DNA of 64,000 nt, from the NCBI RefSeq assembly GCF_027921745.1, contig NC_079240.1, positions 744,001 through 808,000 on the forward strand. The letters run 5' to 3'. The position numbers and the translations under genes are program-made. Positions 46,917 through 59,588 of the stretch are shown here, in pieces (positions within the stretch are counted from its first letter, which is position 1; every line of letters starts with the position of its first letter). Source of the stretch: Schizosaccharomyces osmophilus. Taxonomy: Eukaryota. The notes below the pieces were generated by a model, which made no database searches, was not told the DNA's origin, and was given only the letters and a program-made list of their open reading frames with translations.

Positions 46917-47855
46917 TTATTTAATGAAATACATACGGAAAGCAACGTAAGCAACAATCATAGCGACAACGAAGACCCACATTGCAGGATGGCTAGAAAG
47001 CAATGTTAGTTGAAATCTGAAACAGATGAAATATATATTTCCTTGTGTCTCAGAGCAAAGATAAGAATAGCCATTCTGAATAAAATTATGATCCCTACTT
47101 TGTTTCAATGACCCAAGATTACTTACATAGCCTGAGAAGAGTCGTAGCACTTGTCGTCAGAGTAAGAATTTGTAGGCAATTCAGGACCACCTTCCGTCTA
47201 AAGTAGCATCAGTTAGTAAATGTCTATCGATGTTTGAAACCAACCTTAACCAATTTGCCAACAAAAAACTTTTTAAGCATCTCTCGAGCGTCTTCTGAGT
47301 GACCAACATCATCAAAGGGACCGCTTGCATCGTGACCTACAATAAGAATATTAGCAAACACAATGACGAGAAACGATATAAAATTCAGCGGACATGCGGA
47401 TTCTAACAAATGCAAACACAAAGGCTGTACAGGGCCCACAAAGTTAGAATTCACAAACAAGAGCAAAGTTTTTGGGAAGAAAGCGACAGTCAAGTCACCA
47501 TTCTGTATGAACTAAAATCAACCATTCGACGCGTCCTCAACAAGAAAAACGCGTCGTTTTCTTTTTTCTTTTCGTATTCCCTGTGTGAAAATACTGATAG
47601 CGAGTTCCCATTCCTTCCACCTTGGCCCTTCTTTTCGTCAGATACTGATCAGACGTATACAGCCTTGCATTTTCACTCATTTCCCGTTACAGACATCAAT
47701 TTCTTACCAGCAAGATCTACCAAGACTTCTTCACCACCAGGATGGGCCTCAATGAACTTGGTAATGTCGAAGACCTCATCCTTGATGGCAATCCATAAGT
47801 CCTCGCGAGTGTTGTGCTGCATCACTTCCTCAACAGAAACGATCTTTTCAGTCAT
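46917..47855 (-). CDS. oca8: Cytochrome b5, tail-anchored; exons 47855-47708, 47336-47245, 47197-47127, 46992-46917
   Basis: HPGG and GHS heme-ligand motifs; C-terminal TM; three introns keep frame. Symbol from recalled synteny. Confidence 0.88.
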
Positions 47856-48259
47856 TTTTTTTCTATTTCTTTTGGTTCTTTCTGGTTCTTTTCAGTAAGC
47901 AGTGCCTTTGAAGCGATTGATGTTGAGATCCAGCAAGTCGCGGTGCTTCCAATAAGAAGAGCTGAATATTCTATTACCAGCTTTTAAGCATGCCTTTCGA
48001 AGGTGGTCCGATTTACACACTCAAAAAGTAGTCACGCATTGGATTTTGCAAAGTGCACCCAAAATTCATGACTTGACAAAAGCCAATATTTTACCAGCCC
48101 TTCTGCTTTTCCTACTTTTCATTTTTCCGGGTTCAAAGTTGAATATACTATAGAACAAGAGATACTTTTTTTGTAGTTACGTAATCTGTTTCTAGATCTG
48201 TAAATTTCCATTTCTTTTCCCTTTTTTGGTTAATTCACAGTTTTTGCGCTCTTCCAAAC

Positions 48260-48607
48260 ATGTTTGGCCCTTTTCGCAGTACACTTGCCCGACTTGGAGG
48301 TTTAGTTAAGAAAGATCCCTGGAGGTTGTCACACAATCGAAAATATCGTCTCCGTCAACGACTTCGCGGCGTTGATCAGGTTGTCGATGTCCTACGTTCT
48401 GCTTTGTCAAAACAAAATGAATCGGTACATGCCATTGAAAGCTTTGCGGCTACAAATCCAAAAGAATCTGAAATGACACCCAAAGATAAGTACACTGTGT
48501 TCACCAGAAAAACACAGGGTTCTGGCCCTGGTGGATTTCGCAAATCTATACATAAAGTGCCTAAATGGACCAAGATTACTCATCGCACCAACCCTGAAGG
48601 TTTTTAA
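48260..48607 (+). CDS. mrpl31: Mitochondrial ribosomal protein L31 (mL60)
   Basis: MFGPF..GGL..K.PWRLS..KYRLRQRLR, KDKYTVF and HKVPKWTK..NPEGF. Confidence 0.92.
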   Translation: MFGPFRSTLARLGGLVKKDPWRLSHNRKYRLRQRLRGVDQVVDVLRSALSKQNESVHAIESFAATNPKESEMTPKDKYTVFTRKTQGSGPGGFRKSIHKVPKWTKITHRTNPEGF

Positions 48608-48790
48608 TCATTATTCTTTTTACGTTGCTTTTTTTTTGCCTTTCTCTAATGATAATTCTTTAACCTTCTCTCCTCTGTGCCTTGAAATCTTATATGCATT
48701 GTTTAATACCTCTTTTACCAATAATATACAAGTCTTTCGTTTACAAGCTTTACAGAAACCATCCATTTTTCTGATGGATCTCGTGTTACC

Positions 48791-51581
48791 TTATGCCTTT
48801 GTTTTTTCTTGGAAAAAAAGCACATATGCCGCAGCTGTGACGATGGCATCGTCTCCAACATTTTCAACATAAGCATCTAATAGCAAAATCGTTAGTTACT
48901 TTTTCGATATGTATACTCATTCACGAGCCTTACCATCGTAATTTAAAAAGCTGCTGCTCGATGCATCCTTAGCATACGAAGTATAGTGGCTGTTAATCAT
49001 GTATCCATGATGATTGTCAATCGCATACAATTCGTATGTATGCGATCTGTTCTTAGCCTCTTTTTTCTTTAGCTCCCTTAATGGACTAATATGTGGTTTC
49101 ATATCCAAGTTCACCGTAGGAAAACGGACATAATCTCTCCTTTTCCGAAGTTTTCGTATGCGGCCTGTACAACTAAAACGATTCAAATGTATAATTAAAT
49201 TTCTTGGTAACTTCCAAATCTCCATTTGTTTAGTAGCCGCCCGAAAATCCTTACACGATGGACAATACCATGAATCTTCCAACGAAAGTTGTTCAGGCCG
49301 AGAAAATTCTTCAAGGCAATCTTCCAATGTGATAGAATCTACATGGTATTGCTTTCCGTCAAAAAACCAATTGTTTTTTATAAATGCCTTTTTCTGGCTT
49401 TCTTCTTTCCATACACACATGATAATCGTCTGTTTGTTCAAAACGACACCTTCTTCGCCCACTGGAGTATAATCATAGTTTTCAAAATCTTTCAATCTGT
49501 TCCACACGTCCACGCCAAACGGAAGAGTCTGTATACATATTTGAAACATATCGGGAGTTATAAAGGTGTCAGTATATGTGCAATATAATTTGTACACTCT
49601 GCTGTATAACTCCTTTTTGGAAACATAGTTTTCGGAAAAAGAAAGTTGTAGTGGATATCCAAAAGGATCACATCGTTGAAGTGATCCGGGTATTTGAGGA
49701 AGACTTTTACAGTGAACAACGGGCGTAATTATCTTTTCTCTCGTTGTTTCATACATGAATAAGCGATCGTAGGAGCGAATCGTTTTTGAGATTTTGCTAT
49801 GTTCACCTAAACATTTATAAACTTTCCCATCATATATATCGACTGCTTTTACGTCCTCGGTATCGTAGCCAAGCTGTTGCAAGCGCAATATAGCATAGCA
49901 TTTAGCTTCGTTCACAGTGTAATCGGAAGGAATTTGGATGACGAACTTTTCGGGGGAATCATTTTCTGACATAGGAACAAAATTAACGGTATGTCTCCAT
50001 TTTGTTAGCGTTGGGAGGGGCAAAGTTAGGTACATGAAAGGATCAAAGACCACAGACGTCAAACCGCAAGTCGAACATTGCAATGTACTTTTGTACATTC
50101 CTTGAAATAACTCGACAACAACCGAATCATTTCTTTTTGCATACATCTCCCAACATTCATCTGCCACCTTTTGAACCTGTATTTGGTTTTCAGTGTACAG
50201 GTCTGGCCTTTCAAAATACGGCTTATCAATAACTCTGTTAAGGTCTTCATGTAAACCGTCAAGGAAAAATGCGATAAATTCTTGTGAATCATTTTGGCTA
50301 TAGCCGGCAAAGGATGAATTAAATTCACTAACAATGTATTTCAATGTATAAGGAGAGATCGGGTGTCCAAAAACACCATTTTTATTTGCTTGCTTTATGA
50401 GATTAGCATAAGCAAGGGCAACTTTTCCTTTCATTCCCAAAGGATTCGTGAAATTGATTTCCCCTTTATACCGATCATGAAGAAAGTATTCAGATAGCTC
50501 CTGAGTATGAAATAAGCATTGAAGAGCAGAATTCATATAGCACGTATTTCCAATGTTATTCATCCCGCAGTATCCACGCTCAAGCATATTCTTCGTATTA
50601 GTTACTTGAGGCGAATCCATCGGCCATTCCTGAAGCTGAGCATTTAGAGCTTCAATAACAAGACATCCTTTCTCCAAATTCATCTCAAACATTGTCATGC
50701 AATCGGCAAAGTCATTCAACAAAATGGCTCCCCAAAGACTTCTCGCATGGGGTATTGGTATGAATCGGCTAGACGGTAATAATCGTTCATTATGCCATAC
50801 GCGGTATTCTATTGATTCTGGTATATTGAAATTGACACGAATAAAGTCAAACAGGTCTTTAAGAGTCTGGCTCTTTGAGAAATGGAATTTATAAGGACCT
50901 TCATAGTGGGGAATTGAGGGAAGGAATGAGAGTTCTGCATCTATGGAATTAGAATAAATAAAAGCCGTAGAAAAAATAATGGGGTATACATTCACAAATG
51001 GTTGCAAATTGTGTTTTGGTCCAACGAGTATAACTTCTCTCTCTATCGGTAATCCATGGACTCCAAACCTGATTAAAACCGTTAGTATAATTAAGACAAA
51101 CATTTAAAAGAAATTTATTATGGCCTTATTACTGCTAGCTTCACTTATTTTTTGATGAAGCTTGCGAAGAATACTATGCCTTGTAATAGCACAAGCATCA
51201 AAAGGTAATGAACCTTTAAGCCCGTTTATAGAGGAAAATCAATCTTTATAAGCCTTACCATTGTGCTAGCTTCTGCCAGGCAGAAGATGATATAATTGTA
51301 TAGTCAATTGATTCCTCAAGCCCAGGCAAAAGCTGGTGGTTTTTGTCCAGCAATTTTCTCTGTTCTATCGGACCAGGATGACGGCTTTGTCCATTTAAGA
51401 AGTCTTTATAGGCTTCAAACCATTCGTACTCAATCAAATAAGCTGAATCGTCACTTTTCCATTTATCCAAATCGCCGTCTAAAGTGGAAATAAAGTCTTT
51501 TACCAACGTTTCACAAAAATAGTCTCTCCAGGATTCCGAATACTGCGGTTTTCCATTATGAGCAGCAGCAATTGAAGCCAT
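48791..51581 (-). CDS. ubp1: USP-family deubiquitinase with DUSP domain; exons 51581-51259, 51068-48934, 48876-48791
   Basis: DUSP region (PGPIEQ..AWQKLAQW|FG); Cys box GNTCYMNSALQCL; QNDSQEF; His box HHG..SHYTSY; YDD..AYVLFF. Confidence 0.9.
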
Positions 51582-51924
51582 TTTAAACCATTGCTTTTTA
51601 AACCGAGGTTTTCAATCCCTTTTATAATTTCGACGTCTAATAAGTCTTTTATAGAAAAAATTCTGGGTATTTTAAGCGTTTTGGAATAATTGAAAATATC
51701 ACTTAAATAGTAAAGTCGCTTCGCTTTTAATTTCACCAACTTCTCATTAATCGCCGCGCTAAGTATCTTCTTGATTAATCCCTTCCATAAACAATCTAAG
51801 TTCTATTTATTTATCTTTCAAATTGCCTTTTATTTTTTAAGGATTTTTTCTTGGTTTAGCATTTCTTGAAAGCAAAAGACATCTGTGAGCGTCGAAAGGT
51901 TTTGTGTTAGAACGACTTTCACGG

Positions 51925-51944
51925 TTTTTTTTTTTTTTTTTTTT
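51925..51944. repeat. Poly(dA:dT) tract (T20) in the divergent ubp1/luc7 promoter
   Basis: 20 consecutive T residues. Confidence 0.9.
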
Positions 51945-52073
51945 ACAGTTGAAAAGGAAATATTCTTTTCACTTTTGCGTATTCGGTCGGGTATAGAGTG
52001 ACATATTGTACAAGACTTCAAAGGTAATCGTTTACCTCGACACAGAAAAGAAAAGAATTAAATCCAACTAAAT

Positions 52074-52874
52074 ATGGCTGCCGAACAAAGGAAGATTATT
52101 GAACAGCTTATGGGAAGTAACCTTTCCAATTTTACAAGTCGAGGCCAAGTTCATTTTACGGACCGCAAAGTGTGTAGAAGTTTTTTATGTGGAATATGCC
52201 CTCATGATATATTTACAAACACAAAGATAGATTTAGGACCGTGTCCAAAAATCCATAGTGATAAGTTGAAGTCTGACTATGAGCGAGCCAGCTATTCACA
52301 TAGTTATGGTTACGAATGGGACTATTTAGATGATTTGGAAAGACATGTTGATGAATGTAATCGGAGAATTGATATTGCAGAGGCAAGAAAGGAAAAAACA
52401 ACAGAGGAAATTGAACGAACAGATGAGCTAATGCGTGACATGGCTCATACAGGCCATTCAATTGACGTGCTGATCGAGGAGATGAAAGCTTTATCCCAGA
52501 AAGGACATATTAGCCAGTCAATGAAACACTATACTGAGCTAAGTCGCCTAAGAACTCGTAGAGAGGAGTTGCATCAAGAAGTTATATCTATGAATGAAGT
52601 CCCCAGTCAAGCTGGTACGACTCATCAGAAGTTGCAGGTTTGTGATGTTTGTAGTGCATATTTGTCTCGGCTGGATAACGATAGACGTTTGGCAGATCAC
52701 TTTTCAGGTAAGATGCATCTGGGATATGCGATGCTACGAAACTTGGCCAAGGACCTTCGTGAACAATTAGACGTACAAAACTCGAGTAAAGATGAAGAAG
52801 ATGAACCAGAAACTGAAAATTCAAAACACGGAGAGCAACATTCGAATACGCATTCAATGCTCCACGTAACTTGA
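52074..52874 (+). CDS. luc7: U1 snRNP protein Luc7
   Basis: Two zinc fingers: VCRSFLCGICPHDIFTNTK.DLGPCPKIH and LQVCDVCSAYLS..DHFSGKMHLGY. Confidence 0.95.
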   Translation: MAAEQRKIIEQLMGSNLSNFTSRGQVHFTDRKVCRSFLCGICPHDIFTNTKIDLGPCPKIHSDKLKSDYERASYSHSYGYEWDYLDDLERHVDECNRRIDIAEARKEKTTEEIERTDELMRDMAHTGHSIDVLIEEMKALSQKGHISQSMKHYTELSRLRTRREELHQEVISMNEVPSQAGTTHQKLQVCDVCSAYLSRLDNDRRLADHFSGKMHLGYAMLRNLAKDLREQLDVQNSSKDEEDEPETENSKHGEQHSNTHSMLHVT

Positions 52875-53439
52875 TAATTTTATTTCAGGACTGATAAATT
52901 TACAGTTTGTTTATGTTCCTATTAACATGTTTGTCATTACAAACACATGTTTACGTATCCTGAGTAAAAATTATATGGATTATGAGCAGAAATGTTTTCG
53001 TTCGTTCCCCTAAAAATATTCCAAAGCTTATCTTTTGCTTTAGGTTGTTATTTTTTTCTTTTTTTTTTTTTTGCAAAAAAAGAAGGATATTGCTATATGG
53101 TCTATGTGAAACCGAATCGCTAATTCATTCCTACATCCTGAAAAAACTATTATACGTGTTACAAGTAGAACATCAAAAGCTGTAATTTATGTTTCTTTTA
53201 ATCTTTTTTTTACATTTACGTCGCTGCGAGAATACTGGATTCGTTCAAGAACGATGAGGTACACCCACTCAGACAATAAAACACCGTAAAAACAATTAAT
53301 GACAAAATTGCAAATATAAAAAAAGGGTTTTTGGCTTCTTCTTTTTTTACTTTTGATAGAAAGTATCCGATGGTCTCAGATTGATGTAGTCCGGAAGACA
53401 AATCTAACCTTGAGCATACTACAAAATCTCATCAACTTG

Positions 53440-54705
53440 ATGAATCAAGCTTGCAAAACCACCTATCATGCTCGACTTCGAACGGGAAACACCTCTATAA
53501 TACAAAAAAATATTACGGTTTCAACACGGTCACATACCTCGTATACAGGGCGAAATTCACTTCGAAATGTACCGGTAGTCAATTACGCGGCTTTTGAGCA
53601 AGGAGATGATTTTCAGCTCCCTTCTGAGCCCACAGAAAAGGAAGAAGAAGAGGATAATTTCAAAGTGGATGAACAGGGCTTTCCAAATGAACGACCCCAA
53701 GGAAAAAGAATCGTTCCCAAATTTGCAACAAAAACGAGGCATACTTACTTCACAGATGAGCAATTAGGATGCGCAGCTGAAGAAAGGGATGTTTATGTTC
53801 CAATACGGCTAGATATTGAATTGACAAATGACTACCGATTGAGGGATACGTTTTTGTGGAATATGAATGAACAAGTGATGACACCAGATACATTTGCTCA
53901 TATACTATGTACGGATTTAGATATTCCAATAAATTCATATGGACCTCAAATCAGTTCAAGCATTCGGACACAGATTGAAGAATATGCACCGGTAGCTGAA
54001 GTACCTATGCCTCAAGGGCAGGAAATGCTGGTCGTGTTTAATATTCAATTACAGTTGTCACAGCATGCATACAATGATCAGGTTGAATGGAATTTAACGA
54101 GCAATTTAACACCGGAGGATTTCAGTACACAAACCTGTAGTGACCTTGGATTGGCGGGCGAATTTCGACCCGAAATGGCTCATGCAATCCATGAAAATCT
54201 ACTCAAGCTGAAAAAAGATGCTTGTGAAGGAGATTTACCAGATTACGACAATGATTCTGTGCCTGGAGCGATGGCTGGACCTCGTCAGGACATGGCTACA
54301 ATGGGAGCGTTATGGCAACCCACGTTGGAAACGGTAAGTTTAGAAGAAGCGAAACGGAATGAAACAAACAAAGAAAACATGGTTCGACAGTGGAGAAGAG
54401 ATGCTTCAAAATTTGGTGGAAATGCCGCAGATGTTTCAGCAGAGCGTTGGAGAGCAGCAGCTACCGGAAGCATGGTCGCCCAGGCGGCCACGACGAATCT
54501 TCCGAGCGCCTCTGTTTCTGACGCGCAGACCTTATTGGATCAAGAGCGACCGCGTTGGAAATGCAGATGGTGCAACGTTTTGGGTACGGGGACATTTTGC
54601 GTACGACGTGGTCCCGAAGGAAACAAGTCGCTCTGTAATGCCTGTGGTGTTGCTTATGCTCGTACAGCGCAGTTGCCATACTGGAGAAAAGGATTGTATA
54701 CGTAG
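53440..54705 (+). CDS. sfh1: RSC complex subunit Sfh1 (SNF5 domain plus C-terminal GATA-like zinc finger)
   Basis: [17 protein letters not shown] and DQVEWNL SNF5 repeats; CRWC-X20-CNAC; first ATG at 53440. Confidence 0.92.
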   Translation: MNQACKTTYHARLRTGNTSIIQKNITVSTRSHTSYTGRNSLRNVPVVNYAAFEQGDDFQLPSEPTEKEEEEDNFKVDEQGFPNERPQGKRIVPKFATKTRHTYFTDEQLGCAAEERDVYVPIRLDIELTNDYRLRDTFLWNMNEQVMTPDTFAHILCTDLDIPINSYGPQISSSIRTQIEEYAPVAEVPMPQGQEMLVVFNIQLQLSQHAYNDQVEWNLTSNLTPEDFSTQTCSDLGLAGEFRPEMAHAIHENLLKLKKDACEGDLPDYDNDSVPGAMAGPRQDMATMGALWQPTLETVSLEEAKRNETNKENMVRQWRRDASKFGGNAADVSAERWRAAATGSMVAQAATTNLPSASVSDAQTLLDQERPRWKCRWCNVLGTGTFCVRRGPEGNKSLCNACGVAYARTAQLPYWRKGLYT

Positions 54706-55168
54706 AATTTTCTACTATGATAATTCGCTTTCATACCGCTAAATTTACACCTGTTCTTATTATTATAATTGTTATCACGATACAAACAGGTCTTTTAGAA
54801 AACAGCGGTAAATTGATGGAAGAAACGAAAGGAAAAAAGAACTAAATATGTTATTCATTTGGATCCGGATCCATTAGAAATTTTAGCGTCAGGACGAAGA
54901 ATTTTTGTTAAGTAATTATTGGTAAAATGAATTCATAAAAATATTCAAGATGGTAACATGTGAGAAAGTATGTGTCAAGAGTATATATTTTATCGATGTT
55001 ATTACGTTTGTATTCGTTTACTTTGTCTTTAAGTATCCACATAAAAAGGTTGTCTCATTAACCCAAAGCTGAATAAAAGAGAATTCAGCCATTATTTTCA
55101 TAAGCGTAATGGTCATAGTGTTTAAAAAAATATATATAAAAATATAATGGAAACATCAGGAGCAGCCT

Positions 55169-55507
55169 TTACATTTCATCAGCAGAAGGAGGGCTCTTTC
55201 GGTCGTTCACGGATACGTTTTCAGTGCGTTGACTCTTGGCGGCGGTCTCGCGCTCTAATTCATCAATGGGGGTATTATCCCAGTCGGAACGAACATTGGC
55301 CTCTGAGTCAGTGGTCGTTTCACGACTAGCATTGTCTTTAGGGGGAATTGTATCCTCTTCAACCGGCTTGCGATGGAGAGGTTGGTTGCTAGAATACCAG
55401 CGATTTAATAAGGTACGAGTTTCGAGTGATGGGCCCAAACGAATTGAGTTACGGCTTGAGTTGCTGAGAGGAAAGCTCTTGAAAGCGCTAAGACGTTGAG
55501 AAAACAT
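55169..55507 (-). CDS. Small lineage-specific protein (112 aa) with mitochondrial-presequence-like N-terminus
   Basis: ATG in AAACATG context; R/S/L-rich N-terminus ending RWYSS; position matches the recalled orphan SPCC16A11.15c. Confidence 0.65.
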   Translation of the reverse strand: MFSQRLSAFKSFPLSNSSRNSIRLGPSLETRTLLNRWYSSNQPLHRKPVEEDTIPPKDNASRETTTDSEANVRSDWDNTPIDELERETAAKSQRTENVSVNDRKSPPSADEM

Positions 55508-57099
55508 GTTGGTTCAAACTTATTAATAAGAACGCTGAAAACACAGAGGGGGGAAGGATGTAAAAATCAAATAGTCGCTTAGTCTATGTTTCTTTAGTCA
55601 GTTATCTGAAGCAAATCCTCATAGTTGAATAATAGCTCGACGAAAGCAAATGAATTCAACGTTATTCTCTTTCTGCTATTATTCACTACGCTTTTCTAGT
55701 TTTTCTTCATACCTGTAGAATGAATCCGTTGAATGGAAAATTCAGTTGACAATAGTTTCTTGGTTCACTTCTTGAGTAAGTGGAAAAGTTAAAAGAAACA
55801 ATTCGGGAAAAGCGAGCCTTTTCTATCTGCGCACCTGGCTATGAAATATGACAAATCCTGGTGAGCCTTATGTCCGTAGAATGATTCACAGTTAATCTAT
55901 TTGACGATTTCTCTTTCCCAGTGATTTCATACTGAGCAAAGTTGCTACTTGAACAGTGATTTAGAGTAGCTTGATGAACCGAAAACGCTGGACGTGGCAA
56001 TCAAAAAGCCTCCAAATGTATTTATAAAAATAATAGCTTTAAAATATGAAAAGTGAATCATGTAAAATGCAATTTTGTTTTTGTTGTTCTCTGATGTCAT
56101 TACTCTCTATCACTCAAGTAGTGTTGATTAATGATACGAACCGTGAACAGCTAACTTGCGTTGAAGCTCGTAATATGGTGTTTTCATAACAAGAGTAAAT
56201 TCTTGCATACGTTGCTTATGTTACTGCGCTACACTAGTAAACAATATTTTGAAATTAAATTTGGAATAAATATCTAGACAAGACTTGGGGTTTAGGCATC
56301 TGTGTAGTAGTGGTTGTTTTGTCGTCTTTTATTTTTTTTCACTACTATTTATTTTATCCTTCTTTGTTTCTGTTCTTGAGGTTTTCCCATTTTTAGTTGT
56401 CTTTTTAGGTCAATCTTGGTTATAAATATGAGTGTCACAAAAATACAATTCATATACCTTTTGTCGCTTTGCATCAATCGTCTTTTCAACATTCACATAT
56501 TATGATCAAGGAAATCATTTTTATACTGCAACACTCGCTTTCCGTTGTCGAAACATTTACCACAGTTGGTCTCAGCAACTAACGGTAACAGTCATACGAA
56601 AAAAGAATACACAAGGAATTGAATTCATGTTGGTTTTTAAAAACATTTAGCAAAATGTCCAAAGAATTTTTCATTTTTATATTGAAAAGCTATGGAACAG
56701 TGGTCGATTAAAGTAACGTTTCTTATATTTCAAAGAAGATTCCCGAACTGTTTTCTCGTAGAATAGCATGCAAATTTCTTCATGTTCAAAGGACAGTGAA
56801 ACGGCATTTAGATAGAAGTGTAACGAATAGAAGGCAAGCTTTGCTAAAAAAGCGACATCAGGAATCTAAATGCATACATATACGCTATATACAAGATGTA
56901 TATATACAAACCTCTAAGGATATCTATCCAAGAATACATTACCATCGTAACAAAGTAGAGTTTACAGAGTTCAACAGGAAGACATAACCAAATTTAATAG
57001 CGTGTGTGCTTGAAAAAACGACTTAGTACTCCCAGAACGCTCACCACATCAACACATAAATAAACGTTACAAGCGAATCGTCATACAAAGAATCGTTGA

Positions 57100-58514
57100 T
57101 TAAGATCTCTCTTCCATTTCCAAGTCCCTGTCTTGGCTACGGTCACCACCCCCTTCACTTTCATCAATACTATTTCCATCTTCATCTGTGTGAGTTATAC
57201 GGGTAATTACAATCACACCTTCGGCCACCATGCGATCGTAAATCGACTTTAAAAGTCTCTGAAATCCGTTCGAACCAGAAAGTTCATCGGACGAGATTTG
57301 CAAATACGAACGCAAAGGTTCAAACTCTGGTTTTACAATTGCACGTTGTAAAGAAGAAAAATGTTTGTAAAAATCTGGGTTTTGAGTCAATTCATCTTTC
57401 CTAGAATTCCGAATAAGTTCTGGGGGAGCATGAGGGAAGAGTTTATGAGTAATTCTTGGGTGTGTAATAACCCGATGCATTTCATCATCTATTGGAAAGG
57501 GTTCAACAGGAGTGTTACTAATCTCTATAGATCTTGATAACTCTTCAAGCATGTCTAAGGTTCGAGAACGAGAGTAATCTTCATTCACGTCAAATGCAGG
57601 CCCCGAGGGATCATCCATGCCAAAATTGGCTTGACCTGCTCTTCTTAGTTCTGCACCAGAGCCATTGGTAGGTTGAAATTGATTTGCAGATTCACTCACT
57701 GGAGAAAATCGGGGCAAAAAACCAGGTGCTTCAGCGGTAGGAGATAACACCTCCCAGTTGAAATCCTGTAGGGAATCTTGACTAGCAGCCCCAAATAGCT
57801 GCAGCAATTGACTCGCAGATGAAGTATCGTCCATACTACGACTACGGCTGGATGCATTATTTCGAGCGTTAATACTTCTAGTAACGTTGAAAGGATCAGC
57901 AATCAACTGATTTACCAGCGAAACCATTTCCTCATCTTTTTCATCGCTATAATCTTGCATCCAATAAAAATGTATTTGAGATGATGATTTAAATTTCAGA
58001 GCATACACACGACCCGTTGTACATTGATCGACCTTAATGAAATTGGCCTCATCAGGAAAAATAATAAAATCCTAAACAAACGGTTAATAATCAATCTCTC
58101 ACATAATTAACCAACTTGAATCTTCCAGATATGGGCAATCTCATAGAAGTTCAGTTGAGAGAATAAACACTGGAAACATTGTTCCATATCGCACTTTTCC
58201 TTACATCTTCTACATCTGAAGAGTTTCTAGACCTTTCTTTCCAATAAAAATGAAGTAATTCATCTGTTTCTAGCTGTAGGTATAGGATACTAATGGATTA
58301 TTAACATGAATGAAAGTGCTGGAAAAATATCAGATGCAAAGAACAAATATTATTGATCTTTAGCTTTCTTGAAAACTTCTTACCCTTTACGATGATCTGC
58401 TTGCAGGATTTTCGTACCAGGTTTGCGATTCAACTTGCCAGCTTTCATGCTCATAACCCCATATTTTCTTGTCTCTGCTTGATCATTCCTAGCTCTTCCA
58501 AAAACATTCTCCAT
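57100..58514 (-). CDS. rpn1302: Proteasome ubiquitin receptor Rpn13 paralog; exons 58514-58384, 58289-58205, 58071-57100
   Basis: PRU domain KAGKL..ADHRKG|ILYL..LLHFYWKER..D|DFIIFPDEA.F..TTGRVYALKFKSS..HFYWMQD assembled across two introns. Confidence 0.88.
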
Positions 58515-59588
58515 TTTTAGCTTCAATATCAGACTATTTTTTTTGTCAATCAATATTTGTTTTGTTGAGGTTTGGTAGGTGCTTAGCTTTTGGGTATTCC
58601 AAAAACATTCAGCACAGGACAAATGTAGAGCAGGACATTCCGTTCCTTAAATTGAATAGAATCGATGAGTAAATATGTACTCTTATGGATTTATTAAATT
58701 ATTTATGCTTTTCTTCTAATCAGTTTGTTGATGCATCATTGTGCGTCTAAAGGAATAGGTTGTGACACGAAAACAATAATGTCCAGCTATGGGGATTGCC
58801 TTCTATGTGCTATGATGCTCTTGAAAAAAGAGGATGGGAAATTAAATCAAACTGTTACAAAGAGCGCGGATTCACTATGACAAACGAGCGACCAAATTCA
58901 CACTTATGAGACCAGCCAATCTGTCAGAGATATCATTAAAATTTTTTATATTGAAAGCAGGATCTTTGAAGTCAATTTGATACTATCCCTATACATATCT
59001 TTGCTTCACTTGACTTCACTTAGATGTCGGTAACAATATAGTCTTGCTACGGCTACTAAAAATCTTTTCCCTAGAAACTATAGGTAATAAGGCTTGTGAG
59101 ATACTTTTTCTCTTGTCTTTCTTTTATTTTTGACTTTCCAGCTTATGAAATCCGAGTACTATTGGCTTTCTTTACTAAAGCGTTAACAAGAAATTGAAAC
59201 TCAGAGAAGAAAAGAAGAAAGATAAAAGCATTTTTCTAATTGTATTTCTTACGAATGAATGAAGGACAGTTCATTTTAGAACTTTTTCATTGTGGGTTTG
59301 CTATGAACTGTTGAAAAAGCAATTCGACTTATTCTCGCCTTCATCCAAAAGCCAATTTTATAAAAAACATTATAATTAATTAAATTTAAGTATTATGAAC
59401 ATCTACACCCATTTGCTATAACTTTACGATAATTCAACTCAAATGATTGGTAACATGTGTATCAAATATCGTTTTCACTTGATATTAATTGAGTGTAAAA
59501 GAAATGAAATTATTATATTTAGCAACTTATTTCATTATTCTTATCTTTTCATTGCTTTTGTTGACATTCTTTTCTATCCACTACCAAC

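Noticed and set aside
47410..47898. 162-aa plus-strand ORF overlapping the cytochrome b5 gene
   Set aside because: Antisense to exon 1 and intron 1, Phe/Ser-rich, with no recognisable homology.
14019..56243. Scattered 7-mer GTAAACA/TGTTTAC cores (e.g. near 14019, 20635, 21029, 27960, 30095)
   Set aside because: Their frequency is compatible with chance in AT-rich DNA; only extended or contextual matches were kept.
59340..59570. Very AT-rich stretch upstream of mcm4 as a replication origin
   Set aside because: Plausible for fission yeast, but it cannot be distinguished from an ordinary AT-rich promoter by sequence alone.
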